From contig OZ316775.1 of assembly GCA_973851085.1 (NCBI GenBank), forward strand, positions 15,810,001 to 15,874,000: a stretch of DNA of 64,000 nt, read 5' to 3'. Below are positions 13,482-25,758 of the stretch, piece by piece. Position 1 is the stretch's first letter. Each line of letters starts with the position of its first letter. The DNA comes from Ptychomitrium polyphyllum (taxonomy: Eukaryota). The notes under the pieces are model-generated. The model did not search any database, was not told the DNA's origin, and worked only from the letters and a program-made list of their open reading frames with translations. Made by a program: the position numbers and the translations under genes.

Positions 13482-13982
13482 TGTTAGGGACATAAGAAAC
13501 AAGAAGTGGAGATGATGTGTTTTCTAAGAATTAACTTCAAAAGAGTTAATGATTAACAAGAATTGATACAAAAACTAGAGCAAAGCATGATACAATATGA
13601 TCCACAATTTGTGTTGGCAAGACTAAGAAATACCTTGTCTTGCCTCCTATAGTATGACGCTTGTATCTCCTAGGATACTTCTAAAGAAGCTTCCTACAAA
13701 GCTTAAGAATGTTCTAGAAGTCTATGGAACCTTCCCAAGAAACCTCCTAGAAATCGGAACCTTCCTTGGAAATTTCCTAAGGTGGTGGAACCTTGTTAAG
13801 AAGTTTTCAAAAAATGTAGAACTTCCTAGGAAGTTTTGAAGTGGTGGAACTTTCCTATGAAATTTTCCAAAGACATGGTAACAGCTATGAAGACATTGAA
13901 AGTATTCTAAGAAGTTACTATAATATACCAAAAGGTTCTAGAAGGTTTTAAAAACTATATTACATGCTCTATGTCCATGACA
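13482..13982 (-). mobile_element. Solo LTR of the same gypsy family as 25759-32305
   Basis: TG...CA ends, 5-bp TSD TTTGG (13477-13481 / 13983-13987), similar to the reverse complement of LTR 31692-32305; empty site at 536-540. Confidence 0.93.
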
Positions 13983-16900
13983 TTTGGTAGCTAGTGGCCA
14001 CGAGTCTTTGGTAATAATGGATTGTTCTATCCAACATGGTCTTTTCTTCAATCAAGAATTTCAAAATATTCCCATTCAAAAGTTGGCTTGTATACAATTA
14101 AGCTCAATTTGGGATGATATTTTATTATATTATCATCTAATAAATTATCATGGTGTTTTAAATGTTTTATTTTGTTTGGTACAAAATCAAGGATTTTTAT
14201 AGATTACTCAATTTTAATGTGAAAAAAAATATAAGGGAATTTAAAATTAGCACTGAAATGTAATTTTTTAAAACCAATGTTCTATAAGATTTAGATTAAC
14301 TTACATATGAATCTATATGTTTAAAAATTTAATTAAGAATATTAATAGAATGATCAAAATTGTATTCTATTTAAATATTTACACTCAAATTTGGAGACAT
14401 TGACAATGATTTTATTCTCTTCAAGTTGATTGACACATGGTTCCCCAAATATTTCATTTCTAGCATGAATGCATGTTCACCTTAATGTAATTTGCATATC
14501 CTTTTGGAGATCTTGAACCAGTGCAAGAAATGTATTGTAAGTGCACTTACTACTTAATTAAATCAGTAATTTGCATTCCATACAACCAATATTTGGAGTG
14601 AAGTTTTAGGCTTGCTGTGAGTAGTTCAAGCTTTAATCAAAACAACTTCATGTGAGTGCCTCTGTACATTAGGGATGCAGAATATGATGCAGATATAATC
14701 TCCATATGCATACTATATATTCCTATATATATACAAGAAGATAAATAATACTTTTGTGGAGGAGGACCATGATTGTGACAGTGCTTGTGGCGGAAATCCA
14801 GGCTATCTGTGAGTTTTTAATTAATACTGTCATTCCTGCATGCCAACCAACACCAGTGACTAGGATGAAAACATTATAAACCAAGAGAGACAATTCCTGA
14901 CCACATCATGAAATATTGTCTATGTGCATAGCATGGGTATATGCATCCCCTACCCAGCACCAATTACAGCCAATTCCATGTCATTCAATAATTGGGTGCA
15001 TGTCCTGCAGTATTACATGATTTTGTATTTGAACTTTGGAGTACAACTTTGGCCATGGCAAATGTCACTATATTGACTGAGTTCTCAGTAACTGTTAGTG
15101 CAAGTTTGCTCTACCCCTGCTTTCAGCGGTGTTTCAACATCAACATCAGTGACCCTGAATCACAAATCAAGACAATTTTAAAACCATGATAATGCCTAAA
15201 TGTGACTGGTGTTTTGTAAGGCCCAGAACAGACTCTTGGATTGTGCTGCTTGGTAGGCCAGAGTTTTTCTTGAATGTTTTTGAAGTAGCAGTGTGATTAT
15301 GAATCAATCCTAGCAGCCTGATTTCTATGATGCAAATCTCCTGTGTGTATTAGATTGTATTGTACTGTGGAATACAACTTCCCAATGAGTCAACAAGTCA
15401 AGAATATGCAGGAATCTAGAGTGTGCCACTCCACCCAGCAATACTGGTACAACAAGATGGTATGGAGTCTCTTGTAAGTTGTGTAGATATAGATTGTCAT
15501 ACACAACGGATTGAATACTATAACCATCGTCAACAAAATCAATTTAGAAAATATTATACATATATTGTACAAAGATCTTCAAGGAACACAAAAAAAAGAT
15601 TGGAAGAGTAATTAAATTATTTTTAAATCCATAGAGGAAGAATCCAAAAGTACAAGTGTCAAAGGAAGTATAAAGTTTTACTAAGTGTTTCTAATACCAT
15701 TTCCAAGGCAAAGGTTTTCTTTCTCAAAACAACTTTGACAATTCTTAATTTGGCAAAAATGCCAAGCTATGGGAATTTCTCCATTAATATCTCCTCCAAA
15801 CCCTCATTGGTACTAGAAAACAAGTAACTTGAAATTCACACTAAATGGATAAAAGACTCCTTAAATTGAATTAAATTGCATTACTTGACATTTAATGCCA
15901 CATTGAGTAATATATAATTTCATAATAAGATCATTAGTAATTAATTGAAAGATTATTAGCCAATGTTTTTGGATATAATTTTATAAAAAAACATTTGAAA
16001 GGAAATACAGATTCTTGAGTATATTTATATTGATGGATATTAGTTTTAAAAACTATTCAAACAATCATAAAAAGAAGTGGAAAATATGCTATTTGATTAT
16101 AATATTCAATTAGCTTGGAAGTTATTGTATCAAGTAAAATATTCAACCTTAATAGGGATGAAAAATCATCCATTGCAATACATTCAAAATAGTATTTAAC
16201 ATCATGTGACATTTTCCTTCATAATAAACCACTTTATAGATGATACTATCTATAAAATATTGTGAAGCCCTTCACTGACCTAGTCACAACTTTGTTGATA
16301 ATTAGTATTGGTGTTACTTTCAGAATAATTTACATATAATATTGACTTTTTGCATTAGAAATTGGTGACAATAGATGCTAGTTTTTATATTATGATTAAA
16401 AATTATTTTATTATATCCATTTATGCATTTTCAACTTTTTTATAAACTTTTTATTGTGGCTATTTTAGAAAGAAATTATAATATTGAATGTATATGCAAA
16501 TTGTGGCTACAATAGGAAACAAAACAATACAAATTCATTACTTGCATTAAATGCTTTAAAAAATCTTTTTTAATTTTGTGAATCTATTTAATGATTGAAA
16601 TTATTGGTAAATGACAAAAATTGTTTGTATATGTTTAAGATTTTAAATTAAATTATTTAAAAATATCATTTTGATAGATGAAATACATTAATAGCCTTTA
16701 AAATCCAGTAATGGATAATTATTTGATAAATATATAATTTGAAATGAATTGTATTGATCACTTGTAAACAGATTAAAATGACATGGTATGCAAAACATTT
16801 TCCATCCAAATTTCCTTAAAATGGTGGCATTGAAAGCATTTTTTAATCCTAACTTGCTACATATCTTCAAATACAATGAGACTATTAATTTTTTTCAAAT

Positions 16901-19900
16901 TGGCAACAATCCTTGCCAAAAGACTAAATACTTAAGACAAAATAAATAATCTTACATAATTTGGAGCAAAAATTTATTCTTGCAAAGATAAGAATCATAT
17001 CTTACAATAGATTGTAGTATTCAATTTTAGAAGAGTTTAAAATATGATACAATGAAAGTTATATCATAAACATGAAAAACATTCTCCATCTTAATATATT
17101 AAAGATAATGGCTTCTTGTTCATTTATTAGCATTTTATATTTTTATAACCTTACAATTATTATTTTTTAAATAGAAAAACGTTTTCCACCTTATACATGA
17201 TGTAAATTATTCTTCATTCAATCATATTTTAAATAATAGCATCCCACTTTTCCATCCACAAACATGGAATGATGTTTTTTTACCCTCTTCAGTGATTTTG
17301 TAAACAAATAGTAATTTCCATCTTTTCCATGCTTCAAATCAAATGCTTTTTTCTTTTGAATATCCATTCAATCTTCCATATTGAATTTTGACCATCATCA
17401 GTTTCCATATATTGTATTATAAATATTGGTGTGTGACCACAATAGTATAATATATATAGTATAACTTTTTGGAAATCAAAATTAAACTTCAATGGTATTT
17501 TTATTATTAGTCAGGTTCTTGATAAATATACAATAATTTTGAAATTTTATTGTTGGCTTTGTTATATTTGGAAAATTTAAAATTATTATTAAAAAACCAT
17601 TAATTAAATTTTAAATACATTGTTTCCTTTATTAAACACCAACTATGATTGGATGCAAAATGTTCTTTGTGAATAAACTTTTAGATACATATAAATTTTT
17701 AGTTATTTTATTATCATAAATATTTGCATTATTATGTATTATTTATATAATTTTTAGTAAAACAACTCTTTGATAGACTTCAAAGGGTAATTTATTTTAA
17801 AATAATAATTTAAAAATTCAAAAAATGCCATCTGTTACATTTTTATTGATTTGGATCTATAAAAAAAAGGTGATGTATCATTCAAAATATGAAATTATTT
17901 GATATTGAAAGTAATTAAGGTATCTAATGTTTATAACAACCTACAATCTATTAAGAATTTGTACTTATTTATGTCAGTACTCTATTCAATAAATGTCATC
18001 ATTGTCATCATATAAGAAACAATCAATGTACATATAAACTTCAATATAAACTTATAAAATTCTCAATTCTTTTTTACAAATCAATACTAGCAAAAATGTT
18101 AGCCTTTGGTACAAAAATAGATTCTACCTCTCTGATATTATTTCCTATGGTCTTTCTAATCTTTTTTGAAGATATACAACAACTACCATTAAAAATTTGA
18201 CTTATATTTGACATTTTTGTTAGAGAAGGATGAAGAATTAGCATGATGTTTAGAATTGGAGACTTATACAAATAGAATACAAAATGTAATGCCACAAATT
18301 CTTCCCTTCAATGCGATCCAAAATCTTTAAAATCTTGAAAAGATACAGCCTTCTGGTGGAAATGTAATACAATTATTATAATTTAGAATGTTTTATGGGA
18401 TTGTGCCCTTCATACCGCATAGGAGAATGGTTTTAGAAGAAACAAAATTTTGATTCAGGTTGACCAGGTGCACAACAAAGTCAGAATTCTTCGTCTTTTC
18501 TACAGGAAGAATGTTGAACCTTCCTTGGGGTGGTTTTCACACACACCGTTCCATGAAATCCCACACTACTAGAACCACTTTCTTTAGGGCTTCCATCGCA
18601 ACAGTCAGAGAATTCGTTTATGCAGGCCCGGCACATTCTGACGATCCTGTGGAAGCGAGGACCAGGCTGGGGCCCTTGGAATGGAAAGATATAAAACAAG
18701 GATGCCAGGGAGGAAATACTATCAAAAAAGGAAATTGAGAAAGATTTCCGGAAGAAAGATGCGGCGCCCCCTGAATAGCCTACGGCCATGGCCCCACGGC
18801 GCAAATCCATCGATTCCGCTTGCAAAGCGCCGGACCGGTGCATGCCCTCAGCCCTCTGTCCTGGTATTGATCAAAAGCAATGCACACGTCCAGTGACTGG
18901 CAACTACAATTCATTGTATTAAAGACCATGGTCCAGTGCTCCTATTAGCTGCACTGTGCAGATAACATTTCAGAATTCAAGCAAGCGTGTTCACTCGTTT
19001 CGATTGGAAACCCTGTTGTGGATTTGCAACTAACTTAAACCAAACCAAGTCCAGTGGATTTGCAACTACTCGAGTTTGATCAATCTGGACCAGGATTTCA
19101 TAAAGTTGACACTGCCCGACACTGAGTTGATCAGGAAATGGAAATGATACTGAATCTGGCTAAAATTAAGTGATGGGAGGTTTATGGTCCCTGATGGGCG
19201 AGTACTACCAACCACCAGACCGGAGTGTATCACATCAGTGTCACGCACTGCTGCAAGGTCGGCGGATCTTCTAATCGTGCGTGGTCTAATCAACGATCTT
19301 TGGGGATCCTTAATCGAGAGTTTTACTCCTAATTAAGTTGAGTAAAACGTGCGACAAGGTACAGCTTACTCTCAGGCCAGTGGACCTCCGTCGCTTCTGG
19401 TTGCTCGCATTGTCCCAGCACGGTAAGAAACTATTCCCCCTGCCCAGAAAGGTGCCGAGATAAATACCATACTCTTCATCGAGTCAGATTTGTTAATCCT
19501 CATCTCCTCACCCTACTAGCAAGTACCTACTTCCAACTCGGAATTTCGGAATATTCCTACCTACTTTCAGCAACAAGGACATCTACTGTGGGTCGATGAC
19601 CTGATCGACACAATTGCGATGGATACCAGAATTTTGCACTGATTTGATATTGGTACCTGGTTCATCTTCATTTTAACCACGGGTTATACCAGGGTGTATT
19701 ACTTCGGTATTGCCGAAATAACCATAAATCTGAAAGGCGCAGCACAAGTTTCGCTGCTAATGTATCCATAGTAAATGCAACTTGGAGTCATAGACAAGGC
19801 ATGGGCTGGGAAGTAAATATTTCGGGAGTGACTTCAGGGTGGGCTCCGGAGTTTGCGATAAGTTTAAGTTGAATGGACCGGTGTACCACGGTGCCAGGGT

Positions 19901-21391
19901 AAGCTTCAGGAGCATCACAGCGCATGTCCTGGGCTGGCATGCAATATAATGCCCTGGCCTCCCCATAAAAAGAACAAATAATAATTTAAAAAAAATTAAC
20001 CCAACCGGAGAGCGTCATCAACTTAAGTCCTAGTCGTGACAGCTCCACCCATGTCTACATTGCAAGCATGGCATCATGACAAGCCCGGGCAACCAGGAAT
20101 CCATGATCGGTCAGGAGCCGGGTACCGAGCTGGAGAGTGGGAGGGCGAAAATTCTATAAATCTATTCTATTTATGGTACTATAAGAAACATATCGAGCGC
20201 TACGTTCCTGGGGTGTCGCGGACTTCGATCGATCCCGCCGGGCTCGAGTATATCAATCTGTAATCCGCCAACAAGTTCAGTACGTGTTCAATCCAAACTT
20301 TACTATCCTCCGCTTGCTGCTCTATCGTCCTTGTCCACTCCCCTGTACCAGATATACAAATTCATGTAGCTGCATGACTGATTGTTTTTAGTTGATGACG
20401 GAGTGATTAGCCAATCTCGTGAGACACTACTTCACCAGTCTTCCACCAGCTCACACCGCCTGGTTAGTAACACTGGCAAAATTGTTTACGCTTGAAACCT
20501 TCTCAATAGAATACTCTGATTGCTTTCGAGGTCACGGTATATCATATGTACATGTATTTAGCTCCTCTTCATATTCTAGGACACGGCTTTGCCGACTAGC
20601 AGTTCCACCGATCAACCCCGACATAAACCAGAACAACTATCTCGACAGGCGACGTGAGGTTTCTCTTTACGTAACTACAACAATTCTCTAGTGACACGTA
20701 CATGCACTACCTGCACAATAGTGATCACAGTCCAAACCTCGCCCAGCAAAATCTCTACGGTGCATGCCCATTCGTAGCAGAGCTGTACACAACTAACGCT
20801 AACCACCAGATTCAACATAGCAGACACCAGTGTCATACATGAGAAACCGTGAACGATGACAGAACCACAACACCACTTCAGGCCCGGAGTCTACAGTAGT
20901 GTGTAGTGCTCCGCGAAAGGAGTGAAATCCCGGTAGCACCGTGGATGCGCTTGTCTCGTCCTCCCAGAATCGTAGCCTTTCCCCTCCCCGCACGACCACA
21001 GCCCAACCCCACACCTCTCCTCCCCCACGCCACCCCCTTCAAACGCGTCCCTGATATCAATTATAGCCTTCACTTGACTGCATCTCGCACTGCCGAGGCC
21101 CCCCTGGCCGCAATTCTAGCGCCCGCCGAGGCCTCGGGTGCCCTTAGTGATGATTCCTTGTGACGCATAATCCCAGCGAGCTCGTCTCTCCAAGGTCTCT
21201 TTCCTTCGGAGACGTCGCATCCGTTTCGTGCAGGACGCACCCTAGTACTTAGAGCCGCCTCAGTTCTCCATGTCGTCCGGCATTGCGTCCTGTCGGCGTC
21301 TCTTTCCGGAGTTTGGAGTGTAGGAAGCTTAGGATTCGCGACGTTGATGAAGGTTTTGTATGTTGTGCAGTACTAGTTCTACTCTGCGACC

Positions 21392-23554
21392 ATGGCGGTG
21401 GACACCTCAACCCCATCTCCCGCGGCTCCTCGGCAGACCAAGGTGCTTGCTCGCACTACCATTTCGCCCCCGTCGCAAGTGGAGCCTCCACGATGCTAGT
21501 CTGAGTTGTGATTGCTGGGGCAGATTTTCCGAAGTTGATGCCTGTTTTCTCGCTGGGGCTACTTGTTGTAGTGGTCTGGTGGTATTCGTGAATGATCCGA
21601 GGGTTAGTCGTGTACGTTTCGTGTCGCTTACCTGAGGTAGCGTTTGGTTGGCACTACATGAGCAGGAGGAGATGAAGACGCCCATCCCCATCAACGCGTG
21701 GTACTACAACGCCAACGGCGACGCGCCATGCAAGGCGCACCAGTACACCCCCAACCGGGAGGTGTCAACGGAACATCTCGAGAGTGAGTGCCTATAGATT
21801 CTCCATCTCCGCTTGCTTTTGTTGTACCTGCTCATGGAATGAATCCGGGGATGGAACGTGCACATGCGGATGTTCCCCCTCGCGGTAGCCAGTGCAATCA
21901 TCGGATTGGGCATTGCTGTGGCGAGACACTAGTCAGATCGTAAGTCGCACATGTGGCACTCGCAGTCGAGTGACGTTTTCCAGCTGCCTGCGAGGTCAAC
22001 GTGCGCTCTGGTTCTGGAATCCGATGCTAGTGTAGGACGTGTAGACGTGCTTGAGAGATGTGATACCGCGTTCCTGGTGCCGCCTGTTTCTGTCGAGAAG
22101 CCGATGGCATTGCAATACAGGGTGTAGTGGATGCGAGCGAGTCGCACGCGCTAATTCGAGTTTTTGGGATGGTTGCAGAGCTGGGCGTGCTCACATGGAC
22201 CCACATTGAGACGGAAGAGTTTGAGAAGAACCAGTTTCTGAACAAGATCAAGGCGGTTCGCGGTTACAACTACGAGGTAACGGCGAGATTGATTTTGGGT
22301 CTGAGATGCCTATCGATACGTGCACATCCCCAACTGAATTGTTATTATGCTTTCCCGTACTTTCCACAAGTCAACCCATATAATACATAAAGGGCGAGGG
22401 CGGTTCGGTAATCTCTTGGGTGCTCCCTTTTTCATTGACCTATTTTTGTGCGCCCCGTGATGTGGCACAGGAGGTGCTGACCGTCACCCCAGGAAAACTG
22501 CCCAACTTCGAGGAGAACACGAAGAAGTTTTTCATGGAGCACTTGCACGACCACGAGGAGATTCGCTTCATCCTCGACGGCGTTGGTGAGTTGAATCTTG
22601 CTCTCGATCGCACTAATCGCTGTCCGGGCAGGTACTTCCCTCCGCTGATCAGGCGGTGTTGCTGCATGTACCTACGGGGCTGCACGAGACAGATGGTACA
22701 CGCCCATACTAGGTCTTCTGCGGGATCTGCCGTGCTTGTCATCGTGATCGTCTGAGATCTTCCTTGCTGATAAGGTCGCGAACCGTTGTCTGGGCCAGGC
22801 TATGAGGACGTGAGGGACTTCGACGGACAGTGGATCCGGATCGAGATCAAGAAGGGCGATCTGATTGTGCTGCCACCCGGCATGTACCACCGCTTCACCC
22901 TCGATGAGAACCAGTACCTCAAGGTAAGTTGGCCTCGATCCCGTGAACCTTCCAGCACACGAAGTGCTTTCGTTCAGACCTGGATCATCCGAAGGCTTCA
23001 GCCATGTTGGTGTGAACTGACGCAGTGAGTAGGTGCGATGGCAATGATTACCGTCCGCGGCTAGGTTCAGTTGCATGGGCCCGAGCGCGTAGCGTCGCTC
23101 TTGCCTGGGCCGCGGAACCTAAGCATGCAGAACCCTGCGTTGTCTTGCGTTTTTGTTTGACAGGCGCTTCTGTTGTACCAAGGGACCCCTACCCGCATCC
23201 AGTTCGAGAAGAAGCCCGAGACGGACGTCATGGAAGTCCGGTACGTTGGCAGCCCCTGCGTGCCCCTGTCTGATCAATGATTGTCATTTTCATTTTTTAA
23301 GAGTTTCTTTCGGAACAGAAGGGGCGAAGTTCATTAGTTTAGTCGGACCCAAAAATGACATTCTCCTGGCGTGCTGTAAGTGGCTACTCGACCCTGACGC
23401 GTGGTGCGCGCGAAAACTGTTTTACAGGCTGGACTATGTCCAATCCGTGCTGGCCCCGGAGCGGCTGGCGCCATCGGACGAGCAGCCAGTCTCGGGAGCC
23501 GAGGACAAAGTCTTGGCGGCGACAACCAAAGCCCTGGAGGCAATCTCAGTGTGA
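21392..23554 (+). CDS. ARD: Acireductone dioxygenase (ARD/ADI1, cupin)-like protein, 236 aa; exons 21392-21442, 21666-21783, 22179-22276, 22471-22585, 22799-22923, 23164-23240, 23428-23554
   Basis: All six introns are GT-AG and give an open 711-nt CDS. Motifs [49 protein letters not shown]...[20 protein letters not shown] are ARD-family, with the His-His-Glu-His metal ligands present. Confidence 0.9.
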
Positions 23555-25758
23555 AACAGTTCCGATCGGCCGCTCCAGACGCCAGCATCCGCACACTGTT
23601 TGCAGTTCGCTCCAACGGTTAGCTCCCCATAGCAGAAACACTATACTTTGGACAGCTCATGAATGTGTGAAACTGAACTTAACTCCGGGGTCGTCTCGCC
23701 CTGGATGCCGGTCAGCTGTAGTCACTGCCCCGTGAGTCGTGACCGTGCCCTCACAGTGCGTGCTCGAGGCAGAGGACTATCGCAGTTGTTTTGTAGATTG
23801 AATAATGGGCACCCAGGGGATGCAGTACATCCCATTAGATGTATCCTGAACGTCGAAGTTTGGGCTTCGCATGAACCAAGAATGATTCCCTTTCGCTTGT
23901 AAATGTACCTCCGCTGTGTGAGTGAATGCATATGATCGTATCACCTCCAATATGTGCACTGTTGAGGGGCTACCAATGGGTTGCTAGATTCTGGAACTCG
24001 TCTATCTGCGCATGCACATTTCATGTTTAGGGCTTATTCTTTCTTAGTTTGGCTGGAATGGTTGTAGTTACTGTGTAGTGCTTCGCCGAAGCACATCTTG
24101 TCTTGGATTGATCTTCTGAAAGCTACTATTCACAGCTTGTGGTGTTCAGATGTATGCAACGTTATATATCAATCGTCAGGCTGTTTTTGAGTTTTTGGTT
24201 CTGGGTTTTGCAGTTTAGAGGATTCGAGAAATATTGGTTTTGCTGTATTTGTATTGGGACTCTGTATATGGAGGGCAGTATACTTTTATGGCCCACAAAT
24301 CGGAGCTATACATGAAACTGTGTGGACGCATTGCTGTATTTGTTTTGGGTTTGAGAGTCATGGTTTCTGGATGAATTTCTGGATGAATTAATTAATTGTT
24401 TTGTGATTACATTTGCCACACTTTGATTCAATTATGTATGCAAATCTTGAATAGAACTGGCCTAGATGCTGATGGAGCCTCCAGTAGTATTATTCTTTAA
24501 TGAATAAAATGATGAAAGAATGACATGATGTGTTGCTTTCATTGTTTTTTGTGTGGTGGAGGAGGATAAACATGTATATCCACCATAAAAAATAATAATG
24601 TAGAGTTATCAAGAATCTATAGTACAAACAAGATATCTAAGGTTCCGTGAGGCAAAGTCATTTGTTAAGGTTTATATGTAGAATGTAAATGTCTTCATTG
24701 TTATGGTTTACATTTTTAAAAGTTACAATAAGAGTTTGTATTTGATGGTTGGTACAATGTTTTTGTTTAGATCCTTCTTCATTATTATGTAGACTTTGGT
24801 GAATTTTATTTAATGCAAAGAGAAGAGGTGTAGGTTTCCCAATGAATAATCTATATGTAATTGGCCTTCTTCAAATGTTATCTTTTTAAGTATAGGTTTG
24901 AAAATTTAATGGTTTTTTATACAATATTTTAAAAAACATTAAATAATGCAAATAAGAAGGCTTATAATGCTATAGCTATTTTGTAGAAAGGCATTATAAT
25001 GGTACTCATATATAAAAATGCAATATATTACAATAAATATTGTATTACTACCTTGTATTTTTATATTTCAATTATACCAAAAGCAATGATGCAAAAGCAT
25101 TTTAAGGTGTACAACTTTGACCTTGTATTTCCAATCAATTTTGAAAGTTCTTTTATTGAATACAACCTTGACTACATATATTTCAATTTTATTGTCTCTA
25201 GGTGTTTTCATATGCAAAAGATGTATTGTTAATCACCTTTGGCCTCGTAGAATTAGGCTTCTCATTTTTTTTGTGGTCTAAATAATACAATTCTTATGGA
25301 ACAAAATTTTAATTTTGTTACAAAAAGCAACAAAATGCATGGAATAGGAAGATGACAACATCTCAAATATGACGAGTTGGCAAAAAACTTAGACATTTTG
25401 TAGTGTAATGGTTGTGATAAATGTGATGAGGAAGATGATGCTCTTGTTTGATTATTTTTTCATTGCAGTTAGTTTGTAGCTTTTACTTTTACTTGATCAA
25501 ATTGAAATACGTCTACATGGACATTGCGGAAATCCAAGGTGGATTATAGAGATGAATTTAAAAGTTATTAATGATGACGTGGACAAAAAAAGAACAACTT
25601 TCTTTAAACAAAAAATCTACTTGGACTTTTTGACTGTGGGTTGAGCAACTACGGAATTTGTCAAGGCGATTGCGGGTAACTGGATCGTGACTACAAGTCT
25701 AGCAACTACAAAATTTGTCAAGGTAAGTGCATTTAACTAGATCACGATTGGAGGTAAT

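Larger units (their letters stand above)
12543..14125. repeat. Dispersed repeat, copy B (same orientation as 77-680), carrying two minisatellite expansions and a solo LTR
   Basis: Collinear with 77-680 once the expansions and the LTR are removed. Confidence 0.9.

Noticed and set aside
18080..18200. IFFEDIQQLP resembling the PIF1/Helitron helicase GDxxQLPP motif
   Set aside because: Single weak motif in AT-rich DNA with no supporting Walker A/B motifs visible.
19085..19101. Partial resemblance to miR166 (GGACCAGG)
   Set aside because: Only a short core matches and no complementary star arm was found.
24078..24094. Hairpin GTGCTTCG-C-CGAAGCAC as a Helitron 3' end or terminator
   Set aside because: No CTRR at the expected distance on either strand; an 8-bp inverted repeat is expected by chance in 64 kb.
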